Source of the DNA: Ostrea edulis
Taxonomy: Eukaryota
Length of the DNA stretch: 64,000 nucleotides
NCBI RefSeq assembly: GCF_947568905.1
Contig: NC_079171.1
Span: forward strand, 29,326,001-29,390,000
Reading direction: 5' to 3'
Under the pieces are notes generated by a model, which saw only the letters and a list, made by a program, of their open reading frames with translations, ran no database searches and was not told the origin of the DNA. Positions 25,419 through 38,004 of the stretch are shown here, one piece after another (position 1 is the stretch's first letter; each line of letters starts with the position of its first letter). The position numbers were made by a program, and so were the translations under genes.

Positions 25419-27426
25419 AAAAGTTTTCAATATGGCTGCAATTGCCATGTGTGTGTGTGGCAATATGTGCATTGAACACTTCGTTGCTTTACGTCCCATC
25501 AAGATTGAACACTTAATGTAAAGTAAAAGTGCATCTAAAACCAATATTTATTTTATATATATGCATTTATATGGCTACCTCGATATTCCTCCTCCTCTCT
25601 TCTAGAGCAACTTCGGCGTCAGGAGTAGTGCACAAATGTCCTCTTTGTCGCCTTCCTCGAACGGATTGTCCCGTACTGGCCCTAGGCCGTACTGCGCCAG
25701 TCTGTCGCGATCTGGGTCGCCCTCTACCTCCTCTGGTTCTACGTGGCCTACCACGTCCACGGCCCCTTTTACTCTCGTCTACCTCCCTCCGCGGACTTGA
25801 AGAAGCGTCCAATTCACTCTCAGTGCTACCATCTGATAACTAGTAGAATATAAAACAATTATGGAATTAATTTTGAGACGCAGTAATATATTATTCTGAG
25901 GATAAAAAGAAAGCACGGCCTTCCGAATGATTAAAACATCATTATAAAAATGTAGATTTCTATATTTAAAAAAACAACAACAACTAATTAGCATATTTAT
26001 TAGCGATTCTTTCTTGTAAACATTAACTGATCTAAGATTCTTAGCACCTGTACAGAGACGATATTTCGTAAAAATTTCCCGCGTAGATGTCCCAATTCAT
26101 TCCCCGTCGTGGGACCTCACTACACATTTAAATACTTGACAAAACATATATTCAGCTCAAGCAAGTAGGAAATCCATAAGATTTCGCTATTATTACGTCC
26201 ATTAATTTTGTTTTGTATAACATTCTATTCTCATTACATTTTTTCTGCACATATTGTTCATTCTTACCTGCAACTCCGCTGTTCGGTCTGCCGACATGCT
26301 GTCATTCGAATTGTCATTCAAAGTCACGTGGTGTAAACATGAATTTAAAAGTCCGAGTCAGTAGGAAGAAACCTTTGAATTCCGGACGATATTTAAACGG
26401 CTGTCAAGAGCTTATTAATGAATTTACATTCCTCAAATTTTCAGCATTGATATGATTTCTACCATTTTATCAATGAGTGTTAAAAAAACCCACTATGAAA
26501 ACATGGACAATGAGCTGTAGTGTCTCTTTAAGGTAAATTTCAATTGCATTTCATATGTTAACTCAGTTTTTTGTTTTTACAAAAAATGTATTAAGATATA
26601 AAACGTATCAATAACAAACTCATGGTATTTTCTTCTATTAAGTGATATGGTCACAACTCTACAACACCCACTCTGCTCGCAGCCAAGGAACTTTGTATGC
26701 TGCACGAAATACTTTAAACGCTAGGAATGTCACTCAACACTCGTCACAGGACTTTTATGCATGTTCCGACCTGGTAGAGAAAGTTACAATAGCTTATATT
26801 GCGACTGGTGGTCTCTGGTACTTTGGCATGCGTTCTCTGAAATTTGTGCCAACAAAAAATGTGTATGACGGTCCCATTGGTGACAAAAAAAAAAAAAAAA
26901 ATGTGTGCACACATTTTATTCCATGCATCTGAATTTGCAAAGCAGTACTGTGTTCCTGATACACCTCTTTTGCCAGAGTATGGCCCCCAGTCGAACTCTT
27001 TGATATATCGTTACTGCAATAAGGTATACAAGCGACCAAAATCACCAAGAAAACATGAGGCCGAGGTACATGGTCACCCAGACCCTTTATATGGAAATAC
27101 CCGGGTTACCGAAATTACAACATGTGTATCGGACGATGGGGTACACAACTACACACGATTAATGCTAAATTTGGGACTGTTGAGAATGAACCACAATGAT
27201 GCTATTTGTATGGGAGATGGTGAGCGTATAATGCGAATAAACCAGTTCCTTGTTTTGTTTTACAAGGCTTGTAATTGTCCCAAATATGCATATGGAATTT
27301 TGGAGACAATAAGCTCAAACAAAGGTCCTTTTGACTGAGAGAATGGCATGTAGATTAACATGGAACCGAGCAGTTAATCACAGAGGAGAATGCGATTCAA
27401 ATCATCCAAATGATTTAGACTTGGAT

Positions 27427-27744
27427 GAGACATGCCCCATTTACATTTTAATCAAAGATAAACTATTGTCAATGGGGGATGAGGAATTTTGTGTGTATGT
27501 TGAAGGAGTGAAAGTTAAGGATTGCGACAATTTTTTCCAATATTATGTTATTTTGGTGGCAGCGATATATGTTTTCAACCTTGTATATCCAAAAACTTGG
27601 ATGAAATCACTGACTTTCGTTCAGAATGTTTTAATTGGATTGAAGGACCAACAGGGTCAGGGCACATTAGACAGAAGAATTCTGAGTGTTCTGACTGCTT
27701 TGAATTCTCTTATACCACAACAACAAACGTGTATGGATAATTGA
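27427..27744 (+). other. unrelated coding fragment fused in frame to the truncated Academ transposase
   Basis: After DLDLD the ORF switches to TCPIYILI...FCVYVEG...VAAIYVFNLVYPKTWMKSLTFVQNVLIGL, which does not match the Academ C-terminus seen at ~55150-55525. Confidence 0.5.
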
Positions 27745-28501
27745 TCCGGACATGCTGTCACACTACAAAAGCAGCAATATTCAATGACATTTTGTACATT
27801 TCATTTCATATACTATTGGTATTTTAAAGGATATTACTTCAATGTTTAAGTTTGTTCATGCTTTTACAGTTTAAACACCATTTGCTCAAAATAAATAGTA
27901 TGTTGTATGTGACAGCAAGGTAATCATACTGTATCTAGAGTCATTGTTAAAAATCTTATACAAATGCTTTCTGTTCTTTTGTCAAGTTTTCCTCTATTCA
28001 GGGTCAAGTTAAGGGTCACACCCCAAAAAAGTTATTGAGTCGCTTTCTGAAGTACTTTTTAAATGAAATTTATAATGCCAGTAGAGCTTCAGGTCCTCAT
28101 GGACCTTTCATTGTAAATGAATGTACTTTGTGTATCATAAATTTCAATTTCACTTTTTATTATAAATGTATAATTGAAAATGTCAATATGTGTATTGTTT
28201 TTCTTTTCTACTTTGAGAAAGAAGGTTTGCAAAAAGTAAATTTTAGTAGTTAAGATAAGTTAATATTACTGAAAATCTAGTAATTTGAACTAATTAAGAA
28301 CTCATTATGTTAGTTGAATTTACTTAGACGAAAGTGAAAATTACTAGTTTGGGCAAGTAAATAGAACTTGTCACGTAGTTGATTTTACTAACAACTAGTA
28401 CTAGTGAAATAGTAAATTTTATTTTAACAACTAGTGATTATATGGACAGTAAAATTTACTAGTTCTCCTAGTAACTTTTACTAGTATTTTCTTTCAGTGT
28501 G

Positions 28502-28651
28502 TGGATCCACGGCAGACTGGGTGCGGGACACAGAGAAGTTATACCAACCTGCTGTGTTTGGCGAATAAGAGACACCTTCCCAGAACCATCAGGACAATAT
28601 GTGGGATATTTAGATGGTGTGATGGACTTGAAGGAACAGTTGAAATAAATT
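28502..28651 (+). pseudogene. isolated second KolX/P2X7-C-like 3' fragment
   Basis: [37 protein letters not shown]...*, homologous to the KolX tail at 24097-24250. Confidence 0.8.
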
Positions 28652-28704
28652 TAGTCACAGATATTTCAATGAATCTTGATTTTTTTTTCTCTGTAACAAG
28701 TTGA

Positions 28705-28764
28705 GATATTTTATTGAAAGTAGACATGAACGGCAAACTGACAACTCAACTGTCTGACTAACGA
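28705..28764 (+). pseudogene. short Penelope-like reverse transcriptase remnant
   Basis: DILLKVDMNGKLTTQLSD*R resembles the LDI...G.L.T.LYDKR segment of Penelope-like RTs; only 20 codons. Confidence 0.45.
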
Positions 28765-31268
28765 CAAAAGCATAGGCCGAGACTTTGGTGACAATTCCAA
28801 GAGAGTTATTTCCTCACGAGCGGGAAGTTTAACACTACACCAACTAATGTTTCTCTTAATAACATTGTGATATAAAAATATATTGGCTGACACCCCAAGG
28901 GGTTTTATTGTGAAGTTTAACTACCCTTCGCACCTGGGTTACAGAGAGCAAAAATATTAAATGGTGCATTATCAAACGTGTACAACTTACGCAATGATAT
29001 ATTTCACAAAATTCGTAATCTCACAGGCCTCAACACCATAATCTGAGAATAGACTTAAATCAAAATTTTGATTGCTTATAACTTAATATTTATCAAGCAT
29101 TGATGTTTATAAAAGTGCTTGTTTACAGAAAAGTTAAATGCAATCATATGATGAAAAAATTTTTTTTTTACGAATATTATTTCAAAGGTTAGTTCGATTC
29201 AAAAGTTAGACTTAAGTCTATTCTCGAGGCCAGGCTGTTGCATTTCACTTCGCAAAATATATAGCATTTGCACGAATTAATATTCTTTACTACCATACAA
29301 AGATGTTAAGTCGTACATAATCATATTCGTGGCCTGGTGTTCTTCAGCTTTAAATACTATCTTTATCCATATATTGTTAGTTAGCTCGCGGTCTGATCAT
29401 TCACGACATGAAAAACTTACAGTACTTTTGTACTGTACAGTTATTAGTTGAATGTTCTCAGACACCCTATATCGTACGTGACACGAATTTGTCAAAGAAC
29501 GCGTGAATAGCACACTTCGCGTTCTGTAAATTTAAATAATCCGAATGGAACAGAAATTTCCGCATTGCGCCTGATAAGCGGTTGTCTTCGCACAGAATTT
29601 CATTTAAACTGCATATTGTAAATTGCATTTGCTAATTTAAGTAAAATTTTACATCATCAAGTGAAAACTTAACACGGAAAAATAGTTTTACAGATCAATC
29701 CCCCTCAAGGAACCTCCTGTCAGAATTCCAGTCTGGCAGTTTGAAATCCGATATTAATAGAATCCAGATGCTGATTCAGGCTATAGTATTCTGGGAGGGG
29801 ATCGAACGATGAGGGTGAAAAACTTTCTACATTTTTGGGGGATTTTTGTTTAATGAAATAGTACTTAGCGACATGTATTGTAAATGGATATGAACATGGG
29901 GATATTTTCATTTGCAAATTGGTATTATCGTAATATTAGCTCTTGGTGCTTAATTAAACCCAGTACATTCTACATGAGGGTGAGGTCAGGATGACCTTGT
30001 AATGACTGCTGTGGGCTGTGGAAGAGATGTGCACTTCTCATTTGGGTTATGGAAGCCGTCTCTCTCTTGATTTTCCTTGAGAATTACTAAGTGTATATTC
30101 ATGTAATCTGTCGACAGGTTAAAATATTAATTGGGTAGGGCAATACAATGCATGTCAGCGTTTTACAACATCACTGTTATATTGCCAAATATTTTGATTT
30201 CGTAAATCGCTTATCGCACAATGTGAAGAACATTTAAATATTTAAAGCAAGTGTGTATTGCAACTAATGACGCTGACACAATGTATTGAGACAGAAAGTC
30301 CCCAAGTATAAGAACATCTAAGTGTTAAATCGGGGTATTTCCTATACATCGTACATATTATTCCATAGATGTCCTCTATGACAAATGATCCTGATACTTC
30401 TTTGGGCGGTAAACGATACCCGTACTGGAATTGTGTAATTGAGTGGCATAGGTGGAAACGAAATGCGCATGTGGTTGTGTTCCATTTATTAAATATGTTG
30501 ACTACGCATTAATTCAGTATTTTCGCCTATAATTCAAAAATTTGATCTTCAACCCCCACTTTTTTTTAGTCGCATTTTAAATTGGAAGATCAGACCTTGA
30601 AAATTATGTAAAATTTTAGAAATTGACATTACTCTCAATACGTCCTTTTAAACTCTCAATTTTGATATCATGAAGTTTTTCGTATATCAAATGCCAAAAG
30701 GTCATTATTTATTTCCTTTACTAGTATTAATTTCTTATTTCATCTGTATTGTTAGAGGACAATATTATGTATTTATTTTATGTAATGATTAATTTGTGTT
30801 GCTTATGTTGTGTTGGCACTAACAGAAAAATCCAGTTTAAATGAAAAAAATTTAAGTGCAAAAAGGTCATGCTTAGAACACTATAGCTCAATAACAAGCG
30901 TTGTGACCCCAGTTTTTCTTTTTAATTTCCTAATTTTCCTTTAATGTAGAAATCAAAAATACACTCCTTAAGAGCAACATTCCCCAATATTATATATATA
31001 TTTTTAAAAATTCATATTATGTATATTTTAAAAAAAATTTCAGACCCTCTCCTTTCCCCCTATGCCCTAGAATAACACAATTCCACCCTATATACATCCC
31101 CAAGAATTTTAAAGAAAAAAACTATTTATAAACTGGCACCACTTTCGTGGTCAATGAAAGAGGGGTAAAATTCATAGTTTGTAACCTAATAAAGACAGAA
31201 ACCTTCTTCGACTTTTATGAAACTTGGCACAGATACTCGTACAGCCATACTACACATCCCTATGAATA

Positions 31269-31783
31269 CGCAAGTTCCGAGTTACCCAAAAGTTATTTCC
31301 CTTTGTCGAACTCTTTCGCATTTTATGACGTATGATGGGTACACAATGTATACATTATACCGTAGACTGGCATTGTACATAACGATTACGTACGATTAAT
31401 GTAATAAAAGCGTAACTTTTGTTTATATCAATCACTGGTATGCATATTTTGGCCATATCAAGCATAATTTGTTTGAATAAGATCATCAAATTGGCTATTG
31501 ACTCATTATTCGTTTTCTCTTCTACATGAGTGACGCTTTTATCAAAGAAAGATGGTAATTAACAATATTTGTTTGAGCCATTTTGTTATCCAATACTCAT
31601 AAACTCACTAAAGTTGCCTTTTCCCCGAGATAGGATGGTCTCAGAAACTCTGGATATCATCTTTTAAGAAATAATACAACGATAGTAATTAGCAAATGTA
31701 CCCACTGTCATCATATTTTACGTCATAATTTACGGAAGAGTTCGACAAAGGGAAATAAGTCTTGGGGGAACTCGGAACTTCCG
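31269..31783. mobile_element. MITE with ~65-75-bp imperfect TIRs, TA-flanked
   Basis: cgcaagttccgagttacccaaaagttatttccctttgtcgaactct... is inverted at ~31718-31783; TA at 31267-31268 and 31784-31785. Confidence 0.75.
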
Positions 31784-31789
31784 TATTGT

Positions 31790-33600
31790 CATCTGAACAG
31801 CAGAGTGAAGGCCCTTTGAAGTGATGAGCTAAAACAGAGGGTGAAAGCATCAGACACATAATACACAATTTTGAAATGCTCACATATGACATATGCTGCA
31901 ACAAATTTCTTGCGGACGACGTATAGTGGACGAAGAGAAAATGATGGAGATGATACATCAAACGATACAATTTCGTCAGTCTAACACCTGTACCTCTCCG
32001 AACATCACTGTGCTGCACTCGACAAAAGCAGGAATTTCATGGAAATACATACTGACCTGTGTAAATTGCCAGTTCAATTCACCCGAATTTGCCTTATTCC
32101 AAGAGCTCCATCAAGAGGGTCCTGCTCGCAAAGCATCGGCATCAAACATGACCCTGGCACATGCCCTTCAGGACACTTCACTGGGGGCTGAGAAGGCTAT
32201 AGAATTCCTGAGCTGCCTAGACATCCCGCCTCCCATTAAGGCCTCTCTCCAGAAGCTCCTGTTCAAAATAAGCACAAATATTACAAACTTAACACAAAGA
32301 AGATATGCATCAAAACATACATCAAGTGAAAGAGATCAACACGATCCGTTGCCACCCAGAAAATGTCATAAACATCTTAGCATATGCCTGTTATGACGGT
32401 AACATCATGTTCAGCCGCAGGACCCTCGGACAGAATGCTAGTCAAGCCTTCACCTTGACAGTTGAAACCAACACTTACAGAAAATATACACTTGCCTGTG
32501 CTCAGCAATACAAACTCTGCTGGGCAGGTACATGGCTAAGGGACAAGGCAATGGAAGTAGTTTGTCCAGGCGGTCATCCTGAGTGTACTTCCAATCTACC
32601 ACGGGTAGCACAATTTTCAGAGTGAGATGGGGAAGGACATTGGTACACAGCTGGCCTTGCAAGATGTATTAGCCCAGTATATTACCACAGACGGCGACGC
32701 TCAAGGTGCCAAAGGAGTGGACGAAGCCATGCGAGCTCTGTATCCCCTATGGAAAGTAGAGCGTCTAGCTGAACCCGTCCATCTCGGACAGTCACAGTTC
32801 CGTGCCAGCAACCGAGCAGTCTACAGCGAAGGCATGTTCTATACCAAGACCAAAGAACAGAAGAAAGGGCTACAAAGAGTATTTAGCAATGATCTAAAGT
32901 CAAGATGTGCTTTTATAGTCAAGGAAGTGTTCACCAAGTTTGACAGAGACCTGCAGAAGATGAATGATCTCTTACCTAAAATCCTTGAGGCCACTGTTCT
33001 GTGCTATACTGGAGACTGCTCAATGCGTGCAACATATTCCCTTGTTCGTGATGGAGGACATGTTTCCAACTGGTGGAACTTCAGTCGTAATATTTGGCCT
33101 GCAAATGAGTGAAAATGACATTAGAATTTTAACAGAAATCCTTAAAATGAAACTAAGTGTTGAGGTAATCAATGCCATGAAGCTGCTGACTGATACAAAC
33201 GGCCAATGAGTCTTACCACCGTAGTGTCAGTTGCAACATGCCCACGTTTTCCCGAACAACGGATGGTCGTCTCCACTCCATGATACATCGTCGGAACAAC
33301 TTACCCGGTACATCAACCACACTGAAATGCGAATCTGCTGAAATACAGTGCTCTGAGCATGGGAAGTACCAATTCGATAGACTGGACCAAAGTTCCTGTC
33401 CAATCAAGCCTATCACAGAAATGAGAGAGTAAAGAGTAGAAGGAACCTACTACTGACCAGGAAAATGGCAGAGCATCACTAGTACCGAGAAGAACATAAA
33501 GGAACTTGAGACTACCGGTACTGCAAAGGCCAGATTGACTTCAACTCACCTGCCGTCCGTGATCATCCTTAACACAAGAGGGGAGGATTGCGGTACCATT
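31790..33600 (+). pseudogene. KolobokP-like DDE transposase, frameshifted (copy 1)
   Basis: CVNCQF, DIPPP, CYDGN (D), ITTDGD (D), EPVHL, DLKSRC, FSRT..GRLHSMIHRRNNLPG; homologous to the 40722-42850 gene. Confidence 0.75.
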
Positions 33601-33769
33601 TCAGGCATCGCCATTGAAGAGAGTGACTGATTGAGTTGCTACGAACTCCTCATTAGCAATTAATAACTGCTCATTTATAAATACTTATATGTACTAATTA
33701 ACATTGTGAGGAGTGACACATGCCTCTCCCACCTTCAGCGGTTTAACATAGTTATAAATTGATAAACTT

Positions 33770-34138
33770 ACCAAAGATTGTTGTTGTCCATATGTAGCTC
33801 CAGACGATAGTGAGATGTGTTTCCCTGGATTTGCAGGTCTGTCGCTGGCTATTGATAACGTGCGGCTCCAGAGCAATATGCTCTGGTACAACACAATGTG
33901 TTGTGGCCCAAGTGAGATGCATCAATTGATGCAACTAACTCATGGTGACGATGATGTAATATGACACTGAGTCTATGCACGTGCAGCGTCTGTCAGCTGT
34001 TCTTTATCGGATGCTTGTAGTACATAACACCACACTTGTTGCTGCTTCTAGCCCCGTCCAAATTCGACAATGACCATTTTAACCTGGGGCATAGCCTGAG
34101 TGCACCTTCTCCAAATACTTGGCAAAAAAAGCTTCCAT
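33770..34138 (-). pseudogene. His-Me finger (His-Cys box) nuclease of KolobokP-like copy 1
   Basis: MEAFFAKYLEKV...HCRIWTG...HVHRL...DASHLGHNTLC..PEHIALEPHVINSQRQTC, with stops and frameshifts; convergent with the transposase. Confidence 0.8.
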
Positions 34139-34190
34139 GCTCAGGAAATGAAAGTAAGCCACCGACGAAAATAAATTTAGACCAGGGCCA

Positions 34191-35600
34191 AATTCATTCG
34201 TTTTACTAGCATCGTTTATACCACCATGAACCCCTTTTTTTATGAAGGATGAATACTCTGCTTACTGATGTTCCCTGGCCTCCTTAATTTATATCCAGGT
34301 ATTGGGCGAGTGGCGAAAACCCCACCTAAATGAATATAAAACATATGTGAGTTAGCCAGGTATAAATACCACTCTTTATTTATTAAACATTCTATCATGA
34401 ATCACTTCTAATACAATTACAACAAAATACATTTTACAATAAAATATATGGTAAACATCTGTATGCGGGTATACCAGTTGCGCTTCTTGAGTAAGAACAT
34501 TAACTTCTGACTTAGTAATCTTCCTTTATCTGTATAATTTCGGAAATGAAAGTCTCGTTTGTACCAACATGGTAATCTGAGAAGGTTGTGATTTTTCCGC
34601 TAACAGTGCAACTTGTCTCAATTTCTCCATTGTTTTGGGGTTGTGAGTAACAACTAAAGATTTTATATCACTTTTCAAGCCATTCATCGTAACCGATAAC
34701 AACATTTTCTGGGACATTTCTTATTCATGGCCTGTTTAGTTATTATCATTAAATAATCTCCCACATAAACCCGTTAACTGTCTAGAAATCTTGTTCAATT
34801 TGTACAGATTCCAAACAAATATTGGACGTAGGGTCTTCTCACTTAAGCATTGATTGAGATAAGTGCTATAAATTCTAAATCTCCTAATCTCTAGATGCAA
34901 GCATCTCCGAGGGACTATTTTTGCGTTAATCAGGCGTTTTTTTTTTCATTATTTCATGCTTGATTAAGTCTGGTAAATGACTGGGATATATATCTCTGCT
35001 GGCATATAGTCTGTCCACCTGTTCTGTTCTTGATGTCATTCAAGAAAAACAATAAAGGTATCGATGGGTGCATCAATATCATATCAGACCTTTCCCATTG
35101 ATCATAACAGGCTTTTTATCTTCCGAAGTCTTTTATCGTAGGAAAACTTTCCACTTACGGTAAATAAATTAGAATAGGGATGAGTAACAGAAGTGAGAGA
35201 TACTACACAATTCGCCAACGCATGTCCTTGTGTACCATCCCAGAGCTAGAACTATCACAGACTCCAACCTTGATTACTATTGGACCTCAACTAACGGGGA
35301 TATCTGAGTATGTTAGAATCGCTGAACTCTATGCCTGTTATGTCATCCACTCCTCAGGACCGATTGAATTCCTTCGTTTTACTAGAACCGTCTATACGAT
35401 CATGGTGGACCCTTTCTATTAAGCATAAATACCCTGCATACTGATGTCTTCTGGCCTCCTTGTGTGGGGTGAGTGGCGCAAAACCCTACCTAAATGAAAT
35501 ATAATATCAAGTCTAGTTGTGAATTAACGAGGTACAAATACTACTTTTTATTTATTGATCATTATATTATGAATAACTTAATACAATTAACAATGAAATA
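34191..35600 (-). mobile_element. possible decayed LTR retrotransposon remnant
   Basis: Diverged ~240-bp direct repeats at 34191-34430 and 35367-35600 (partial third at ~35660-35718) flank a gag-like fragment MNGLKSDIKSLVVTHNPKTMEKLRQVALLAEK (34526-34717). No clear TG..CA ends or PBS. Confidence 0.45.
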
Positions 35601-37156
35601 TATGATATAAACATCCTTATAACACTTATGCTCAATATGATAATTCTGAATGCGCACGACTTACCTAAATGAAATATAAAATCAATGCGAGTTGTGAGTT
35701 AGCCAGGTACAAATACCACGACTAACTTTCCACAGAAGCGGGTTCTATATACACAATCGCAACGCTGATCTGTTTTTAAATTACCTTATTTGTAACGTTC
35801 TCAGATATATGCACCTGCATTAATCTTTAATTTAAAAACAATTTAATTATTTGATTTGAAACTTTGAATTCGTTCATTGCACATTCAAATTCATCTTGCA
35901 TATTGTTGCATTTTAATTTTAGATTACTGATTCATTCCAACAATTGACCTCTTGACCTGGTCTGGTGGTCTTATCGATATATATTGCTACTGTAAAACAC
36001 CCACCACCTATTTTACCTAATTTTTACACATAGTTAACTTTAGGTCAAAATGATTTCATTGGATGAAAGGTGAAGATAACGAACAGTAACTAGCTGTGAT
36101 CAATCTCGCAACACCTTGGATACTAACCGTGCTTCTTGAGAAGCTTAAGAACGCAGAAAATATTTACAACAGCGACCCATCATCGATGTGTTCCAACGAA
36201 CACACACATACATATAGCTAATGTATATATTTACAATCCAAAGATATCTCTCCTGTATGTCTTGCACACACATGTGCAACAACAATTAAAATCATTTTAT
36301 AATAAATATCCCAGGCCTCATTAGCCAGGTTTGGTGATAATTGTTTATTTTCTTTGTTGACGTTTTCACTAATAATGATACTTGAGATCTGGATCGGAAT
36401 TGTCTTGATCGGACATCGAGTTGTCACTCTCATCTTGCGATATTCCCATTATTACACGTAATTATCCTTGTATAACTAATGTAGTGTGACTTTCTTCATC
36501 TTCTACGTCAATATCCGCTTCTTCATATTCAAATTGTAAATATATTATAAGATTTCCCGATCGAAATCTGTCCCATTAATTATATAGGTCCGGCATATTA
36601 AAACTCACCAGATGGCCTGAAACTTCATTTTCTGAAGTTTGCCTCCTCGTCCTGGTTCTTACTCTGCTTCAGTTATCCTGGTCACGACACCAAAATCATT
36701 CTTATGTAGCCGGATTATTTCAGACTTTTTCTGCCCACAAAGTCTTAACCTGTAGACTTACATGTATACCGACAAAATCTTGTAACTCAGACTTTTACCA
36801 ACAAAGTCTTAATAATACTCAACTCGCGTTCTGTTTTCAGAGTTTATTACTAACATAAACTCAACAGCATTCAAATATAGTACCAAGTTCAATTTTAAAG
36901 CTAACCAAAAAATCTATAAAACTTTTCTGACTGACAATTTTACAAACATATATAAATGGTTACGTTATCAGCTGCATTGGCAATGTTGCGCCGTAACAAA
37001 CCTACTACAGCAGCGTACAGTTTTGTGAATAGCAACACATTGATCAACTGGCGATTAACAATAAAATGCTGAATTATATATATTTAAATTTTCTTTTATA
37101 ACTTATCCACATGACTACATGTACCATAAATTTACTAAGTAAATCAGGGAAATTAT

Positions 37157-38004
37157 CTGCAATGATACATGAGATATGATTTTAACATGGAATAGGTATA
37201 GGGTTACCGTATACACATGCAAAATCAGACTTGTGGTAATCGATCTTAAAGTTATCCCATTGAAGGGAGTGATCAGGCCTGCTACTTGTAGCTGCACTGA
37301 TCTCCGGGGTGGAGGGCTCCTTGCTGGTGGTTCTAAAGAATTTATTATGACATGGTAATGAACAATAATCTAGAGTGGGGATCAAAGTAAATTAAGTCAT
37401 TGCAAACCATCACTTACCTTCCGGTCACTTGGGACGACTGTGCAGTCATTACCACGACATGAATTTCCCTTCCCCTGGCCATCTTGTGTGCATGCACAAG
37501 ATGCGTGTCCAGGCGAAGGACGGCTTTTCCACACTTGGGGCAGTCCTTTAGTCTGAAGACGGAAAAATGGATTTGAGAAAGAAAATGAAAATTAATAGTA
37601 CCTTTCGATGCATGAAGAATGTGATTGTTCGGTTTTAATATGCTGCTGGTTCTTACTTAGATTTGTTCTTCCTGGCCTCTGCCCTGGACCTCTTGTGTAC
37701 GGTCCGAAGATGGCGAGGAAGGTGAACAACCTCCACTCCAAACTCCGGACAGGCGGTCCTGGTTCTCGCGCCGTCCCCCTTTCGGCCACCTTCCTCTTCT
37801 TTGCATGACTCTTGATGTTATCGTCTGTAGATGAAAAACCCATTGAATTACAATCCACACATATTAATAGTTTATGGTAATAATTCTACCAAATGCTAGA
37901 AATGAAGTACGTTACCCTCACCCTCTTTCTCTTCCCCCTCACTGGAGGAGACTTCTCCAGATTCTGGGAAAGGCATGAAGGTGGGGTCGTCTTCCGCCTC
38001 CCTC
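37157..38004. repeat. ~850-bp direct repeat; second copy at 39694-40155 plus 43933-44313
   Basis: Near-identical sequence from ctgcaatgatacatgag to cgcctccctcca; copy 2 is interrupted by KolobokP and lacks a 12-bp stretch present in copy 1. Confidence 0.92.

Larger units (their letters stand above)
24097..26297 (-). pseudogene. KolX (P2X7 C-terminal Cys-rich-like) gene of the Kolobok element
   Basis: Exons encode an Arg-rich region, WCICTFCREMP...LCC and [46 protein letters not shown]. In-frame stops at 24482-24484 and 24319-24321. Putative first exon MSADRTAELQ|gtaag starts at 26297. Confidence 0.85.
14204..26527 (+). mobile_element. Kolobok DNA transposon, 12,324 bp
   Basis: Perfect 19-bp TIR AGAGACACTACAGCTCATT at 14204-14222 and its reverse complement ending at 26527; TTAA TSD at 14200-14203 and 26528-26531; convergent transposase and KolX genes. 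Confidence 0.92.
12069..27426 (+). pseudogene. Academ-type (DUF6589-like) DDE transposase pseudogene, split by the Kolobok insertion at 14204-26527
   Basis: N-terminus MAVSTPRK...IC*LCG...VCRKC (zinc-binding, early stop); GYYFVGDNVNMR; GGDYLTFERH; KMEEFHNQAELLK; resumes after 26640 with IWSQLYNTHSARSQGTLYAARN...GDGERI...KYA...RLTWNRAVNHRG...DLDL. Same architecture as the 47013-55525 gene. Several frameshifts; no TIRs found. Confidence 0.8.

Noticed and set aside
24097-26297. P2X7 purinoceptor gene
   Set aside because: Only the Cys-rich C-terminal-like domain is present, with no transmembrane or ectodomain, and it lies inside Kolobok TIRs, so it is KolX.
36330-36760. Possible minus-strand acidic exons downstream of YR-B
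   Set aside because: They contain stops, have no recognisable motif, and cannot be linked in frame.
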